Positions 1 through 8,275 of a stretch of 64,000 bases of DNA are shown in pieces. The number at the start of each line of letters is the position of its first letter. Within the stretch, counting starts at the first letter, position 1. The position numbers and the translations under genes were made by a program. This stretch comes from a virus (taxonomy: Duplodnaviria; Caudoviricetes). The stretch covers positions 32,001-96,000 of the IMG/VR virus record IMGVR_UViG_3300027852_000032, one strand, 5' to 3'. The notes under the pieces are model-generated. The model had not been told where the DNA came from. It searched no databases and saw nothing but the letters and a program-made list of their open reading frames with translations.

Positions 1-627
1 ATATCGGCGACAATATCAACGACATCAACCACACAAACATCAATAAGCGCAGTGGAGCAGTTCTCGTTGCTCACGCATGACCTTGGCAAGGCGCTTACAC
101 CTCCGAGCAAGCATCCGTCCCACCACGGACATGATAAGCTTGCCCATGCCCCTATCACTAACCTATGCAAGAGATTGAAAGTTCCGAATAAATACAGAGA
201 TCCTGCCCTCACATTCGCAGCGGAACATATGCGGGCGAAGGTCGCTACCGAGATGCGGGACGGAAAGTTCTTGAGATGGGTCTTGAATTTGAGTTCAAAT
301 TCAAATAAAAATGAAAATCCAAATGAAAATCGGAACCCGGATTCGGATATCGTTATGATCTTAAAATTATCATACCTGGATTCGGCATTAAAGGATAATT
401 GCGATTTTCTCAAAAACCGAAAGCATTTCCGAACGCTTGCTGTTTTAATAGATCTTGCTCTGCATGCGATAAATAGCGTTCATGCAAGGGATTTATTGAA
501 GGAAAAAAAAGGGGAGGGAAAGAAGTACTCTCCTGGACCTAAGTTGGGCGAGGCGTTATTCCAGCGAAGAGTTAGTGAATACCGCCAACTTAAGAGGGTA
601 AACAAGGAGATTTTAGACGCATGGTAA
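1..627 (+). CDS. cca: Multifunctional CCA-adding enzyme (tRNA nucleotidyltransferase), HD-domain C-terminal part; 5' end outside window
   Basis: HDLGKALTPPSKHPSHHGHD...LCKRLKVPNKYRD resembles the HD region of gammaproteobacterial Cca (HDLGKGLTP..WPRHHGH..LCQRLRVPN); C-terminal PGPKLGEALFQRR; frame open from base 1. Confidence 0.8.
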   Translation: MSATISTTSTTQTSISAVEQFSLLTHDLGKALTPPSKHPSHHGHDKLAHAPITNLCKRLKVPNKYRDPALTFAAEHMRAKVATEMRDGKFLRWVLNLSSNSNKNENPNENRNPDSDIVMILKLSYLDSALKDNCDFLKNRKHFRTLAVLIDLALHAINSVHARDLLKEKKGEGKKYSPGPKLGEALFQRRVSEYRQLKRVNKEILDAW

Positions 628-639
628 CGATACCTTACT

Positions 640-685
640 CGAGGACATGGAGTTCTGATTATAGGGGATAACCCTGTAATTCAGG
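640..685. repeat. Dispersed ~46-bp repeat, copy 1 (intergenic), hairpin-forming
   Basis: CGAGGACATGGAGTTCTGATTATAGGGGATAACCCTGTAATTCAGG; near-identical to 2206-2252 (one substitution, one indel). Confidence 0.9.
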
Positions 686-725
686 AAACAAAAACGAAAA
701 CAAAAAAGAAAAGGAAAAGAAAATC

Positions 726-1208
726 ATGAACAAAGATAAGCAGACAGGGATAGCATATGGGGTAATCCCGGTAAACATGGTGAACCCTGACGCACTCGAC
801 TCTATAAACAGTATGAGCGATTATAAGGTAGAAATCCATGATGATTGGATCTTCGTTGTACAATCGCCGAGGATAACAATAGTTTATCCCTGTTCCCCAT
901 GCGCTCCTGGAGCAGGAGACCTCACCAATCCAGACTGCGACTATGACTACGATGACGCAGAAAAAAATAATGGCAATGGCAATGGCAATGGCAATGGCAA
1001 TGGCAATGGCAATGGCAATGGCAATGGCAATGGCAATGGCAATGGCAATGGCAATGGCAATGGCAATGGCAATGGCAATGGCAATGGCAATGGCAATAAC
1101 CCAGGCATAGTAGCTTATTGCTTAGGGGGGGAGTTCTTCGATTCTGATTTCCCTATACCTTATAGCTACCTTAATCACAGTAGAAAAAATCTTAACGTAA
1201 GAGGATAA
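726..1208 (+). CDS. Hypothetical phage protein with in-frame (Asn-Gly)21 insertion
   Basis: ORF intact across the AATGGC array; CSPCAPGAGDL before the array and YCLG after it. Confidence 0.7.
   Translation: MNKDKQTGIAYGVIPVNMVNPDALDSINSMSDYKVEIHDDWIFVVQSPRITIVYPCSPCAPGAGDLTNPDCDYDYDDAEKNNGNGNGNGNGNGNGNGNGNGNGNGNGNGNGNGNGNGNGNGNGNNPGIVAYCLGGEFFDSDFPIPYSYLNHSRKNLNVRG
969..1097. repeat. Perfect microsatellite (AATGGC)x21 + AAT
   Basis: Read directly from sequence. Confidence 0.97.
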
Positions 1209-1227
1209 AAAACAAAAGAGGAAGAAT

Positions 1228-1773
1228 GTGGAAAAATTAAAACATGAAAGGCTTCAGGAGCTTTTAGATTATAACCCCCATTCGGGAACCTTTACACGGA
1301 AGGGGAGGAGTTCCGATAAGTATAGCGGAACAATCGCAGGGCAGCTTCATTTGGATGGCTACATTTATATTAGAATTGACGGGAAATATTATTTTGCTCA
1401 CGAATTAGCATGGTTCTATGCTCATGGGTATTTTCCTGAAAATCAGATCAAACATATAAATCGAATCCGGGACGATAATAGGTTAATAAACTTACGTGAA
1501 GCTACACGAGTTTGCAATCTACAGAATCAAAAAATCCGCATAAGTAACAACGCCGGCATAACAGGTGTTAGCTGGCACAAAAAAATAATAAGAATGTTTA
1601 TCTCGGCTCTTTCAGCAATCTATTAGCAATCTATTAGCAATCTATTAGCAATCTATTAGCAATCTATTAGCAATCTATTAGCAATCTATTAGCAATCTAT
1701 TAGATGCCGCAAAAGCCCGCTTTGATGATGATTCCACTACACTTGTGTAGCAGAATCATCATCAAATTCATAA
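1228..1773 (+). pseudogene. Decayed HNH(-AP2-like) homing endonuclease, paralog of 8874-9392
   Basis: N-terminus LDYNPHSGTF..AHELAW..HINRIRDDNRLINLR. After a frameshift near 1580, NKNVYLGSFSNLL, DAAKARF and TCVAESS match the paralog's KQIHLGFFNNLLDAAKARY..NCVVKSS. Interrupted by an 11-mer array. Confidence 0.8.
1614..1703. repeat. Perfect tandem repeat (AGCAATCTATT)x8 + AG
   Basis: Read directly from sequence. Confidence 0.97.
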
Positions 1774-1809
1774 ACCATAGTATAAATCATGAAAAGGAGA
1801 ACAAAAACA

Positions 1810-2160
1810 ATGTCTACACGTTGCCAAGTAATATTAAAGGATGAATACGGGGATTCACTTTGGTTTTACCGGCATTCAGATGGATACCCCGAGGGCGTCA
1901 TGCCTTCCCTGAACAGGTTCATGGATTTAGTGAAAAGCAACAAGATCCGTGGGAATGTAACCCAGGCAGCAGGATGGTTGGTACTGATAGGCGCGGAGGA
2001 ATACGAGGTATCTCTTGATAGCCACAGTGATTGGAAGTGCGGAGCGTATGAGCCCTGCCCTGATAAAGTCCCACACGGGGGCATTGAATATCTGTACATT
2101 CTCCACTTAGGAGAGCAAACCATAACCACGAGGAAGATCGATTATGAAGATAAATTCTAA
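1810..2160 (+). CDS. Conserved hypothetical phage protein (MSTR...YRHSDGYPEG family)
   Basis: AGGAG RBS before ATG 1810; YxHxDGYP motif typical of phage early proteins. Confidence 0.75.
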   Translation: MSTRCQVILKDEYGDSLWFYRHSDGYPEGVMPSLNRFMDLVKSNKIRGNVTQAAGWLVLIGAEEYEVSLDSHSDWKCGAYEPCPDKVPHGGIEYLYILHLGEQTITTRKIDYEDKF

Positions 2161-2842
2161 AAACAGAAATGTAACAATAGAAAAGAAAAATGCCTGTATT
2201 CTGTTCGAGGACATGAAGTTCCTGATTATAGGGGATAACCCTGTAATTCAGGTGTCGAAAACTTACATGGACGTTAACTTTAAGGAGAGGAGCCATAGGA
2301 TTCTTAACAAAAACAAAATCCCACCCGGGTTTTATACTGTGGAAAAAAACCATAAATATAAAATCACAATCAAAAAATTAGAAAAGGAATCCCAAGATGC
2401 ATCTGCATCTACATCTCGATATACATCTCGATATACACTGAACCACTTTCGCCACTCACAAAGGTGTTTAATACCTTCGATAGGTTCCCCCTTAAAAAAC
2501 AAGTTGCCAGAGGGATTCGAGGAGTTATCGCAGCCATACCCAACACACAACGAAGGTAAAGGTAAAAATAAAAACTTCGGCCAGTGCCTTTCATTGTGTT
2601 TTCATCAAATCACTCAAGAGTCACAAAACTACGGTTTCTTGATCGATATGGAATTCCTGAAGAATGTAATAGAGGTTCCCTTAAATTTTGGGAGTTCCAC
2701 AGAATCCACAGAATCCACAGAACCGGCCTGGACATTTCAATTTATACTGCCAGGATTAAAAAAGGAGCTGCCGGTATTCTGCTTCGTGTCGAAGCATGAA
2801 ATCAGCTTTAGACTGGCATTAATATCGCCATTGAGAATTTGA
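2144..2842 (+). CDS. Hypothetical protein with in-frame micro-duplications (TSRYTSRY, STESTESTE)
   Basis: 232-aa ORF overlapping the upstream stop; 12-mer x2 at ~2410-2436 and TCCACAGAA x3 at 2696-2722. Confidence 0.55.
   Translation: MKINSKNRNVTIEKKNACILFEDMKFLIIGDNPVIQVSKTYMDVNFKERSHRILNKNKIPPGFYTVEKNHKYKITIKKLEKESQDASASTSRYTSRYTLNHFRHSQRCLIPSIGSPLKNKLPEGFEELSQPYPTHNEGKGKNKNFGQCLSLCFHQITQESQNYGFLIDMEFLKNVIEVPLNFGSSTESTESTEPAWTFQFILPGLKKELPVFCFVSKHEISFRLALISPLRI
2206..2252. repeat. Dispersed ~46-bp repeat, copy 2 (inside ORF 2144-2842)
   Basis: CGAGGACATGAAGTTCCTGATTATAGGGGATAACCCTGTAATTCAGG. Confidence 0.9.
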
Positions 2843-2880
2843 ATTCAAATCTAAATTCAAATTTAAAAGGAGTAACAATA

Positions 2881-3471
2881 ATGCGAACGATAACAAAGCG
2901 TATATACGGGTTAGAGGAACTGTCTCCTAACTCCAGAGCAAGAGCTATTGAGGACTTTCGTGCCGATCCTGATTCCAATCTAATGGATTGGAACTGGCAC
3001 GAAGATACCATAGACGACACCAGAAGAGTAGCTTCTATGCTTGGGATCGAGATCGATCATGTTTATTTTTCCGGTTTCGGCAGCCAGGGTGATGGAGCTT
3101 GCTTTACCGGTACCTATGATCATCACGAAAGTTCATCAGTCAAGGCTATAAAAAAATACGCTCCTCAGGATAAGGAACTGCACAACATAGCCAGGTCGTT
3201 GGACGAGAACATAACCTGCAGGAGTGCAGAGATCACGCGGTGGGGGAGGTACTATAACGCGTATTCAACGCATGTTGAGCCGTTGCCACCATTTGAGACA
3301 GGAGACGGCTCAGTGGAAGAACTGGCCAATACTCTGCGCCAATTCATGGATTGGATTTATAAGCGGTTAGAGGCGGAGTACGATTATTTACAATCGGACG
3401 AGGCTGTAATTGATGTCATAAAAGCTAACGGCTACGAGTTTTACGAAGGAGGAGAATTATTTCAAATATGA
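2881..3471 (+). CDS. Conserved hypothetical phage protein (family often mislabelled 'antitoxin')
   Basis: YFSGFGSQGDGACF and WIYKRLEAEYDYLQSDEAV motifs; AGGAG RBS before ATG 2881. Confidence 0.7.
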   Translation: MRTITKRIYGLEELSPNSRARAIEDFRADPDSNLMDWNWHEDTIDDTRRVASMLGIEIDHVYFSGFGSQGDGACFTGTYDHHESSSVKAIKKYAPQDKELHNIARSLDENITCRSAEITRWGRYYNAYSTHVEPLPPFETGDGSVEELANTLRQFMDWIYKRLEAEYDYLQSDEAVIDVIKANGYEFYEGGELFQI

Positions 3472-3773
3472 AAATATATCCAGAAGTAAAAATAACAAAC
3501 ATGTACTCGTATAAAGGAACTATGAATCGGGTTGCCAATCAGTTTATCGTTTCACTTCCTGATGACGGTGAGTATTTTCAGAGCTATAAGACAATAATAG
3601 CATATAAATCTTCTCCATATGGTCAGATTTATTTAGACGAGAAGCAATGGGATTGCTCTGTATCCACAGGCCGTTATAGGAATCAATACCTGGGGGAGGG
3701 GATAGCTGAAACAAGAAAGAAGATTGCTGATGGAACTTATAAATTAGAGAATCTAAATGAAAAGAAGGATTGA
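3468..3773 (+). CDS. Conserved hypothetical phage protein
   Basis: ANQF..YFQSYKTIIA..WDCSVSTGRYRNQYL; ATGA coupling. Confidence 0.75.
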   Translation: MKIYPEVKITNMYSYKGTMNRVANQFIVSLPDDGEYFQSYKTIIAYKSSPYGQIYLDEKQWDCSVSTGRYRNQYLGEGIAETRKKIADGTYKLENLNEKKD

Positions 3774-3781
3774 TAACAAAT

Positions 3782-4408
3782 ATGAAAATAAGACGAAAAG
3801 TAAGTATTTCAGAGGGCAATACGAAGATGGGGACGGTGCCGAGTATAAGCCTTTCTCCGGGACCCAGCCCCAGAGGCTCATGTAAACCGAGTATTCCCTG
3901 TTTTAGCCAATGTTACGCAGTTAGGACAAGCCACCGCCTGCCCGCTGTAAAAAGGGCTTGGGATAGGAACTTAAGGTTTTATAAAAGAGATCCTCTTGAT
4001 TTTTTCAAAAGGATAGGGGGGTATTTGGCCTACCACCAGCCTCCGTATTTCCGGTGGCATGTGGCCGGCGATATTCCTGACCAGGAATATCTGAATTATA
4101 TGATTAGACTCGCTTTGGAAAATAAAAAAACTGCGTTTATGTGCTTCACAAAACAGTTCGAGTTCGATTTTGATTACTCAGAAATAGAATCCGAATTCGA
4201 ACCTGTTTCGAATTTGAAAATTATTTTCAGTAGGTGGCCTGGGGATACAGTTCCTCCTGCGATCAACGATTTTTCTATGGCCTGGATGCAGGACGGAAGT
4301 GAGACAAGGATTCCAAGCAACGCTTTACAATGTGTAGGAAAATGTGACAGTTGTTTCCGTTGTTGGAGCTTGGCAAGGAACAGGCATGTATATTTCAACC
4401 TTCATTAA
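3782..4408 (+). CDS. GP88-family (radical-SAM-like, Cys-rich) protein
   Basis: GNTKMG..C....PC..QCYA, FRWHVAGD, C-terminal CxGxCxxCxxCW. Confidence 0.7.
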   Translation: MKIRRKVSISEGNTKMGTVPSISLSPGPSPRGSCKPSIPCFSQCYAVRTSHRLPAVKRAWDRNLRFYKRDPLDFFKRIGGYLAYHQPPYFRWHVAGDIPDQEYLNYMIRLALENKKTAFMCFTKQFEFDFDYSEIESEFEPVSNLKIIFSRWPGDTVPPAINDFSMAWMQDGSETRIPSNALQCVGKCDSCFRCWSLARNRHVYFNLH

Positions 4409-4432
4409 GTAAAAATCAATAAGGAGATATCC

Positions 4433-4687
4433 ATGGAAGAGAAAAATTTATGCAGAAAGGTTAGAAAAGTAGACAACCCTTACGAAATCTGGCAGAGTAT
4501 CGATGATAACAAAACTTGGACTTGGAGAGTGCTTAAAAAATACCAAAAGCCAAGCCTTGAGGCTAAGAATCCGCATGCCCGATGGTTTTGTGCAGTATCG
4601 TCACCTTATACAGGTGCCGGATACGGATATGGTGACGTTTACGTTAATGAGATTAAATCCCAAGCAAAACAAGTTCAGGAGTACTAA
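4433..4687 (+). CDS. Conserved hypothetical phage protein
   Basis: AAGGAG RBS; WTWRVLKKYQ..NPHARWFCAVSSP..YGDVY. Confidence 0.75.
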   Translation: MEEKNLCRKVRKVDNPYEIWQSIDDNKTWTWRVLKKYQKPSLEAKNPHARWFCAVSSPYTGAGYGYGDVYVNEIKSQAKQVQEY

Positions 4688-4692
4688 CAATC

Positions 4693-4941
4693 ATGATTGA
4701 ATGCATAGCGGCCTACAGGGCTCATGATGGGTCTTTGCACTATACTAAAGAAGAAGCCATCACAGCCAACACCGAGGCAATGGAAGCGAGATTGGACAAA
4801 TCCGTGAAACACGGATTAAAATTTTTTACAAGTCAGCATGCCCAGGTTATGAATTACTTAATTAACAACAGGAAGTTCTTGAGTAAACTGCTGGGGCTTG
4901 AAGATATTGATCCGAAACCATGTGATTTAAAAACGCAGTAA
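4693..4941 (+). CDS. Hypothetical protein
   Basis: ORF in operon, AGGAG upstream. Confidence 0.6.
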   Translation: MIECIAAYRAHDGSLHYTKEEAITANTEAMEARLDKSVKHGLKFFTSQHAQVMNYLINNRKFLSKLLGLEDIDPKPCDLKTQ

Positions 4942-4952
4942 CTGTTACTGCG
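4934..4952. promoter_or_regulatory. Palindrome CGCAGTAAC-T-GTTACTGCG (core shared with 5726-5746); candidate operator or hairpin
   Basis: Perfect inverted repeat spanning a stop codon; 15-bp core CAGTAACTGTTACTG repeated at 5729-5743. Confidence 0.5.
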
Positions 4953-5005
4953 CTTTTAAATTAAACTAAATTAAATTAAACCAGCACAGGAAGAAAAGAA
5001 TAAAC

Positions 5006-5203
5006 ATGGAATTACGAAGTGATTTGTGGATACGAACGGGGGGAAGAGGCCGGAAGGAAGTTACCGAGGAGGCCAGCATAAGAATAGGCATGTTGAACCG
5101 TAAGGTAACTGAAATCTATTCTACTCAAAGCCAATTCAAGCATGGCGATTTCTGGCACAGTCATGTTTGGTATATGTATCAGGAAGTAAAAGGGGAGTCA
5201 TGA
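5006..5203 (+). CDS. Hypothetical protein
   Basis: ORF coupled (ATGA) to the next gene. Confidence 0.55.
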   Translation: MELRSDLWIRTGGRGRKEVTEEASIRIGMLNRKVTEIYSTQSQFKHGDFWHSHVWYMYQEVKGES

Positions 5204-5721
5204 TTAAGATAAATGTAAAAAACCGAATGTTCAGTGAATATAACTGGGTTACGAGTACGATTGGGAAAACAAATACAAAGGCTTTTCCCGATCTTCTGCA
5301 CGCAACAGAGGATTGCGTGTGGACTACCTCTTCATTACGCACGGTACTCCATAAGTTGAAAGGAAAGCAGGATTTGCTTCCTTGTGGGAGTTTCGAAATT
5401 GTTAAGAGGAGCAAATCAGGGTTGTGGCTTAACCCAGTCGAATCAACGGAATCAGCGCGACTGGTAAGTCCGATGTATGGGGAGTTGGACCAGAGTTATT
5501 CCCGATTAAGTTTAGTTGGGGATGTTCACTGGGTTGATTATTGCTATATCATAAAAACTGATCCTGGTGTTAGTAAAGCTTACAATACTGATATGTTCAA
5601 ACTGTCGCACCAAATGCCTGGGATCAGACTAACGGCTTGGATTTCACCGAGGCCAGGGTTGCCCTTGGTCTTGAGGAATGAGGGCTGCTGTGAAGCAATA
5701 ATAGCGGCCTATAGCCTATAA
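5200..5721 (+). CDS. Hypothetical protein
   Basis: GGGGAG RBS; ATG 5200 overlaps the upstream TGA. Confidence 0.6.
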   Translation: MIKINVKNRMFSEYNWVTSTIGKTNTKAFPDLLHATEDCVWTTSSLRTVLHKLKGKQDLLPCGSFEIVKRSKSGLWLNPVESTESARLVSPMYGELDQSYSRLSLVGDVHWVDYCYIIKTDPGVSKAYNTDMFKLSHQMPGIRLTAWISPRPGLPLVLRNEGCCEAIIAAYSL

Positions 5722-5725
5722 CCTG

Positions 5726-5746
5726 TTACAGTAACTGTTACTGTAA
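5726..5746. promoter_or_regulatory. Palindrome TTACAGTAAC-T-GTTACTGTAA; candidate operator or hairpin
   Basis: Perfect inverted repeat just after a stop codon; core identical to 4936-4950. Confidence 0.5.
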
Positions 5747-5767
5747 ACTCTGCGGGAGGTAAACAAT

Positions 5768-6190
5768 ATGGAATATTTTGAGATAAGGTGGACGATTTCC
5801 AGGGGCAGGGATACAGAAGGGTTCAACATCTGCTCAATTTGGCAAAATGGAAAAAAAATAACATCTTGTAAAGGTGGAAATTACGACATGAAGGGGACAT
5901 GCTTCGGAAATTGGTTAGAAATCAAATATGCAGATCGCTTGAAGAGGCTTTATGCACCTTCTTTCTATGGGTTAACTTTCCTGAAAAAGAAAAAGGGAAA
6001 GAACGGTGGGTATGCTTTCCTAAAATGGTACAGACCCAACTGCATTATTTCTCTCGACGGAGCGTACGGTTGGGAAAGTATGAAGAAGATCGCGAAGGCG
6101 ATTAAACTGAACATTAGACAGACGCATGTCTCAACCAACTTGCGAGTTTATTTGGTTGAGGATAAAAAAAGAAGAAGCCCACAGGTATAA
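5768..6190 (+). CDS. Conserved hypothetical phage protein
   Basis: GGAGGT RBS; SRGRDT.G.NIC..CKGGNYDMKGT..LDGAYG. Confidence 0.7.
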   Translation: MEYFEIRWTISRGRDTEGFNICSIWQNGKKITSCKGGNYDMKGTCFGNWLEIKYADRLKRLYAPSFYGLTFLKKKKGKNGGYAFLKWYRPNCIISLDGAYGWESMKKIAKAIKLNIRQTHVSTNLRVYLVEDKKRRSPQV

Positions 6191-6227
6191 TCAATTACAA
6201 TAAATTACAATCAATTACAATAAATTA
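6189..6227. repeat. Tandem duplication (AATCAATTACAATAAATTAC)x2 at a stop codon
   Basis: Read directly; overlaps TAA 6188-6190. Confidence 0.85.
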
Positions 6228-6244
6228 AAGGAGAATAATAAATC

Positions 6245-6601
6245 ATGTTAAAAAATATTTCTGTTTTCAAGGGTAATAAAAAGGATATTGAAGATTGGCC
6301 GACTGTATCCCCGAAAGGATTTATGAGGTGGTTTGAGGCTAAATTTAACCAGATCCCGGAGTGGTATGCACACATGGCAGTTGTGCAACTGTCAGTGGAA
6401 AAGAGGTATGGCGAAGATCACCCCGTGATCGACATCTGTTACCACAGGCCGGAGACCGAGGAGGAAATAAAAGAAAAGGTGTCCGGGCGGAAGGCTACGG
6501 AACAGCAGCAAAAAGAGAGGGATCTTGAACAACTGCAAGAGTTGATGGCGAAACACTATGGGCCTGATGCTCGTATTGTAAACAAATGGGAGGAAAAATA
6601 G
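6245..6601 (+). CDS. Hypothetical protein
   Basis: AGGGAG RBS; 118-aa ORF. Confidence 0.65.
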   Translation: MLKNISVFKGNKKDIEDWPTVSPKGFMRWFEAKFNQIPEWYAHMAVVQLSVEKRYGEDHPVIDICYHRPETEEEIKEKVSGRKATEQQQKERDLEQLQELMAKHYGPDARIVNKWEEK

Positions 6602-6604
6602 AAG

Positions 6605-6820
6605 ATGATTTCTTGTGTTGAACAGCCCTGGGCAGCGATCCGGAAGAGCATAGAAACAGGGGAAGAGTTTATCGATATGACATTAGTAAACATGGACAAG
6701 GATATTATCTTAGACGAGGTATACGAGCTAAGATATTCCTCTGCATCATGGGATAGGGATAACCCAGTAGTAAGGGTTTCAAGGTGTGTTCTTACGGAAA
6801 CACCGGGGAGGGCTAAATGA
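6605..6820 (+). CDS. Small hypothetical protein, paralog 1 of 3
   Basis: ISCVEQPWAAIR..TGEEFIDM..WDRDNPVVRVSRCVLTE. Confidence 0.8.
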   Translation: MISCVEQPWAAIRKSIETGEEFIDMTLVNMDKDIILDEVYELRYSSASWDRDNPVVRVSRCVLTETPGRAK

Positions 6821-7041
6821 AAAAAAGTATTTCTTGCACTGAACGGCCTTGGGTAGCTATACGCCGCTGTAAAACAACGGGTATGGAATTCATTGATATG
6901 ACATTAATAGATAAAAACGCAGTGCTAATCTTTGACAAGATAGAGGAACGGAGGCTCGATTGCGAGGCATGGGATAAAGATAACCCTGTAATAAGGGTTT
7001 CAAGCTGCGTTCTTACAGAAAACCAGGGAGAAAATAAATAA
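6817..7041 (+). CDS. Small hypothetical protein, paralog 2 of 3
   Basis: ISCTERPWVAIR..TGMEFIDM..WDKDNPVIRVSSCVLTE. Confidence 0.8.
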   Translation: MKKSISCTERPWVAIRRCKTTGMEFIDMTLIDKNAVLIFDKIEERRLDCEAWDKDNPVIRVSSCVLTENQGENK

Positions 7042-7043
7042 AA

Positions 7044-7265
7044 ATGAAAAAAAGTATTTCTTGTACTGAACAGCTATGGGTAGCGATTCGCCTGCGCATG
7101 GCAACAGGGGAAGAATATATGGACATGGTTTCTGTGGACAAAGATAAAACTATGGTTTTGGAGAAGATAAAACAACACAATCCGCTTTTAATACAGTGGG
7201 ATAAAGATAACCCAGTAGTAAGGGTTTCAAGCTGCGTTCTTACGGAAACACCGGGGAGAAAATAA
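7044..7265 (+). CDS. Small hypothetical protein, paralog 3 of 3
   Basis: ISCTEQLWVAIR..TGEEYMDM..WDKDNPVVRVSSCVLTE. Confidence 0.8.
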   Translation: MKKSISCTEQLWVAIRLRMATGEEYMDMVSVDKDKTMVLEKIKQHNPLLIQWDKDNPVVRVSSCVLTETPGRK

Positions 7266-7401
7266 ATAAAAACGGAAACACCCTATTAAATCAAATCTTG
7301 TTTTTGATTCCAAAACGAGAACGGAACAGGATTTGAGTACGAAATCGAAAAATCGAAAAGTCGAAAAATCGAACACAGGCGTATCATCTCCTTATAGCCA
7401 T

Positions 7402-7502
7402 GCCTACTGGCTTGGCAGACAAAAGCAACACCCAGTTTATTTGGGTACGCCGTTTTCCATGTTAATAAACGGGCTTGGCAGCCTTTGGGTGTTGCAGTAG
7501 GC
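7402..7502. other. Structured intergenic element (long multi-branch stem)
   Basis: GCCTACT/AGTAGGC, GCAACACCCA/TGGGTGTTGC and CCGTTT/AAACGG pairings; GGCTTGGCAG present twice. Confidence 0.5.
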
Positions 7503-7537
7503 TTTAACCATAACTATAAAAATAAAGGAAATAAATC

Positions 7538-7897
7538 ATGTCTATCGAAATAGAAATTGAAAAAATTATTGTTAGGGGAGAACAAAGGATAAAGATATTG
7601 GAATTGAAAGGGTTGAATATCGAGGATCTTCCCAAAAGATATAAAGAGGGGGAGTATGTTTCCATCGCGAGGAGTAAACACTACTTATTCTACAGTAGCA
7701 ACAGGGAAAGAACTGTAAAAGGCAACACCAGGAATTGGCACGGGACTTACCTTGAGGTAGGCGGAGTAATTACTCGGCAATTTTTTGAAGAGTGCCTTAG
7801 AAACATCAGGCGTTGTGGCGAGATTTTGGTTAAGGTAAATAAAAAATTAGAGGAAGAAAACAAAAATTGGAAGGGTAATGAACTCTTTATTATATAG
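7538..7897 (+). CDS. Hypothetical protein
   Basis: AAGGA RBS; 119-aa ORF. Confidence 0.65.
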   Translation: MSIEIEIEKIIVRGEQRIKILELKGLNIEDLPKRYKEGEYVSIARSKHYLFYSSNRERTVKGNTRNWHGTYLEVGGVITRQFFEECLRNIRRCGEILVKVNKKLEEENKNWKGNELFII

Positions 7898-8023
7898 CCC
7901 GTAACCACAAAGGAGAACGGGAATAACATATGAATCGGGGTAATTAACTATTAATAAGGAAGATGTTATCGCGTTGGCCAAGGAATTTTGCCTGGTCATC
8001 TTCCTTGAAGGTACGAATTTATA

Positions 8024-8272
8024 ATGGATACGGAAATAAAAACAATAGACGAGCTGGAATCGTTTATAATTAGTTTGGAGGAAGAATTGGATAAAGCTGT
8101 GAATAGTATACTCAATACACTTCCAATCAAGATTCCACGCTTAATAAAAATACAGGGAATATACATTCAATTCATAGAGGTTAGCGCAACAGGAGAGGAG
8201 TGCAATCAGTACATTCCAGGAAGGCCAGGCATTGAGTTAAGTGTCGATATAAACAACGGGAGGAGAAAATAA
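8024..8272 (+). CDS. Hypothetical protein
   Basis: 82-aa ORF directly upstream of the next gene. Confidence 0.55.
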   Translation: MDTEIKTIDELESFIISLEEELDKAVNSILNTLPIKIPRLIKIQGIYIQFIEVSATGEECNQYIPGRPGIELSVDINNGRRK

Positions 8273-8275
8273 AAA

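Noticed and set aside
662-680. TAGGGGATAACCCTGTAAT resembles the I-SceI site TAGGGATAACAGGGTAAT
   Set aside because: Central bases differ; most likely coincidence, and there is no sign of engineered sequence
1614-1703. Tandem arrays (also 969, 34569, 60071) as CRISPR or guide-RNA arrays
   Set aside because: Units are contiguous with no spacers, too short, and no cas-like gene is present
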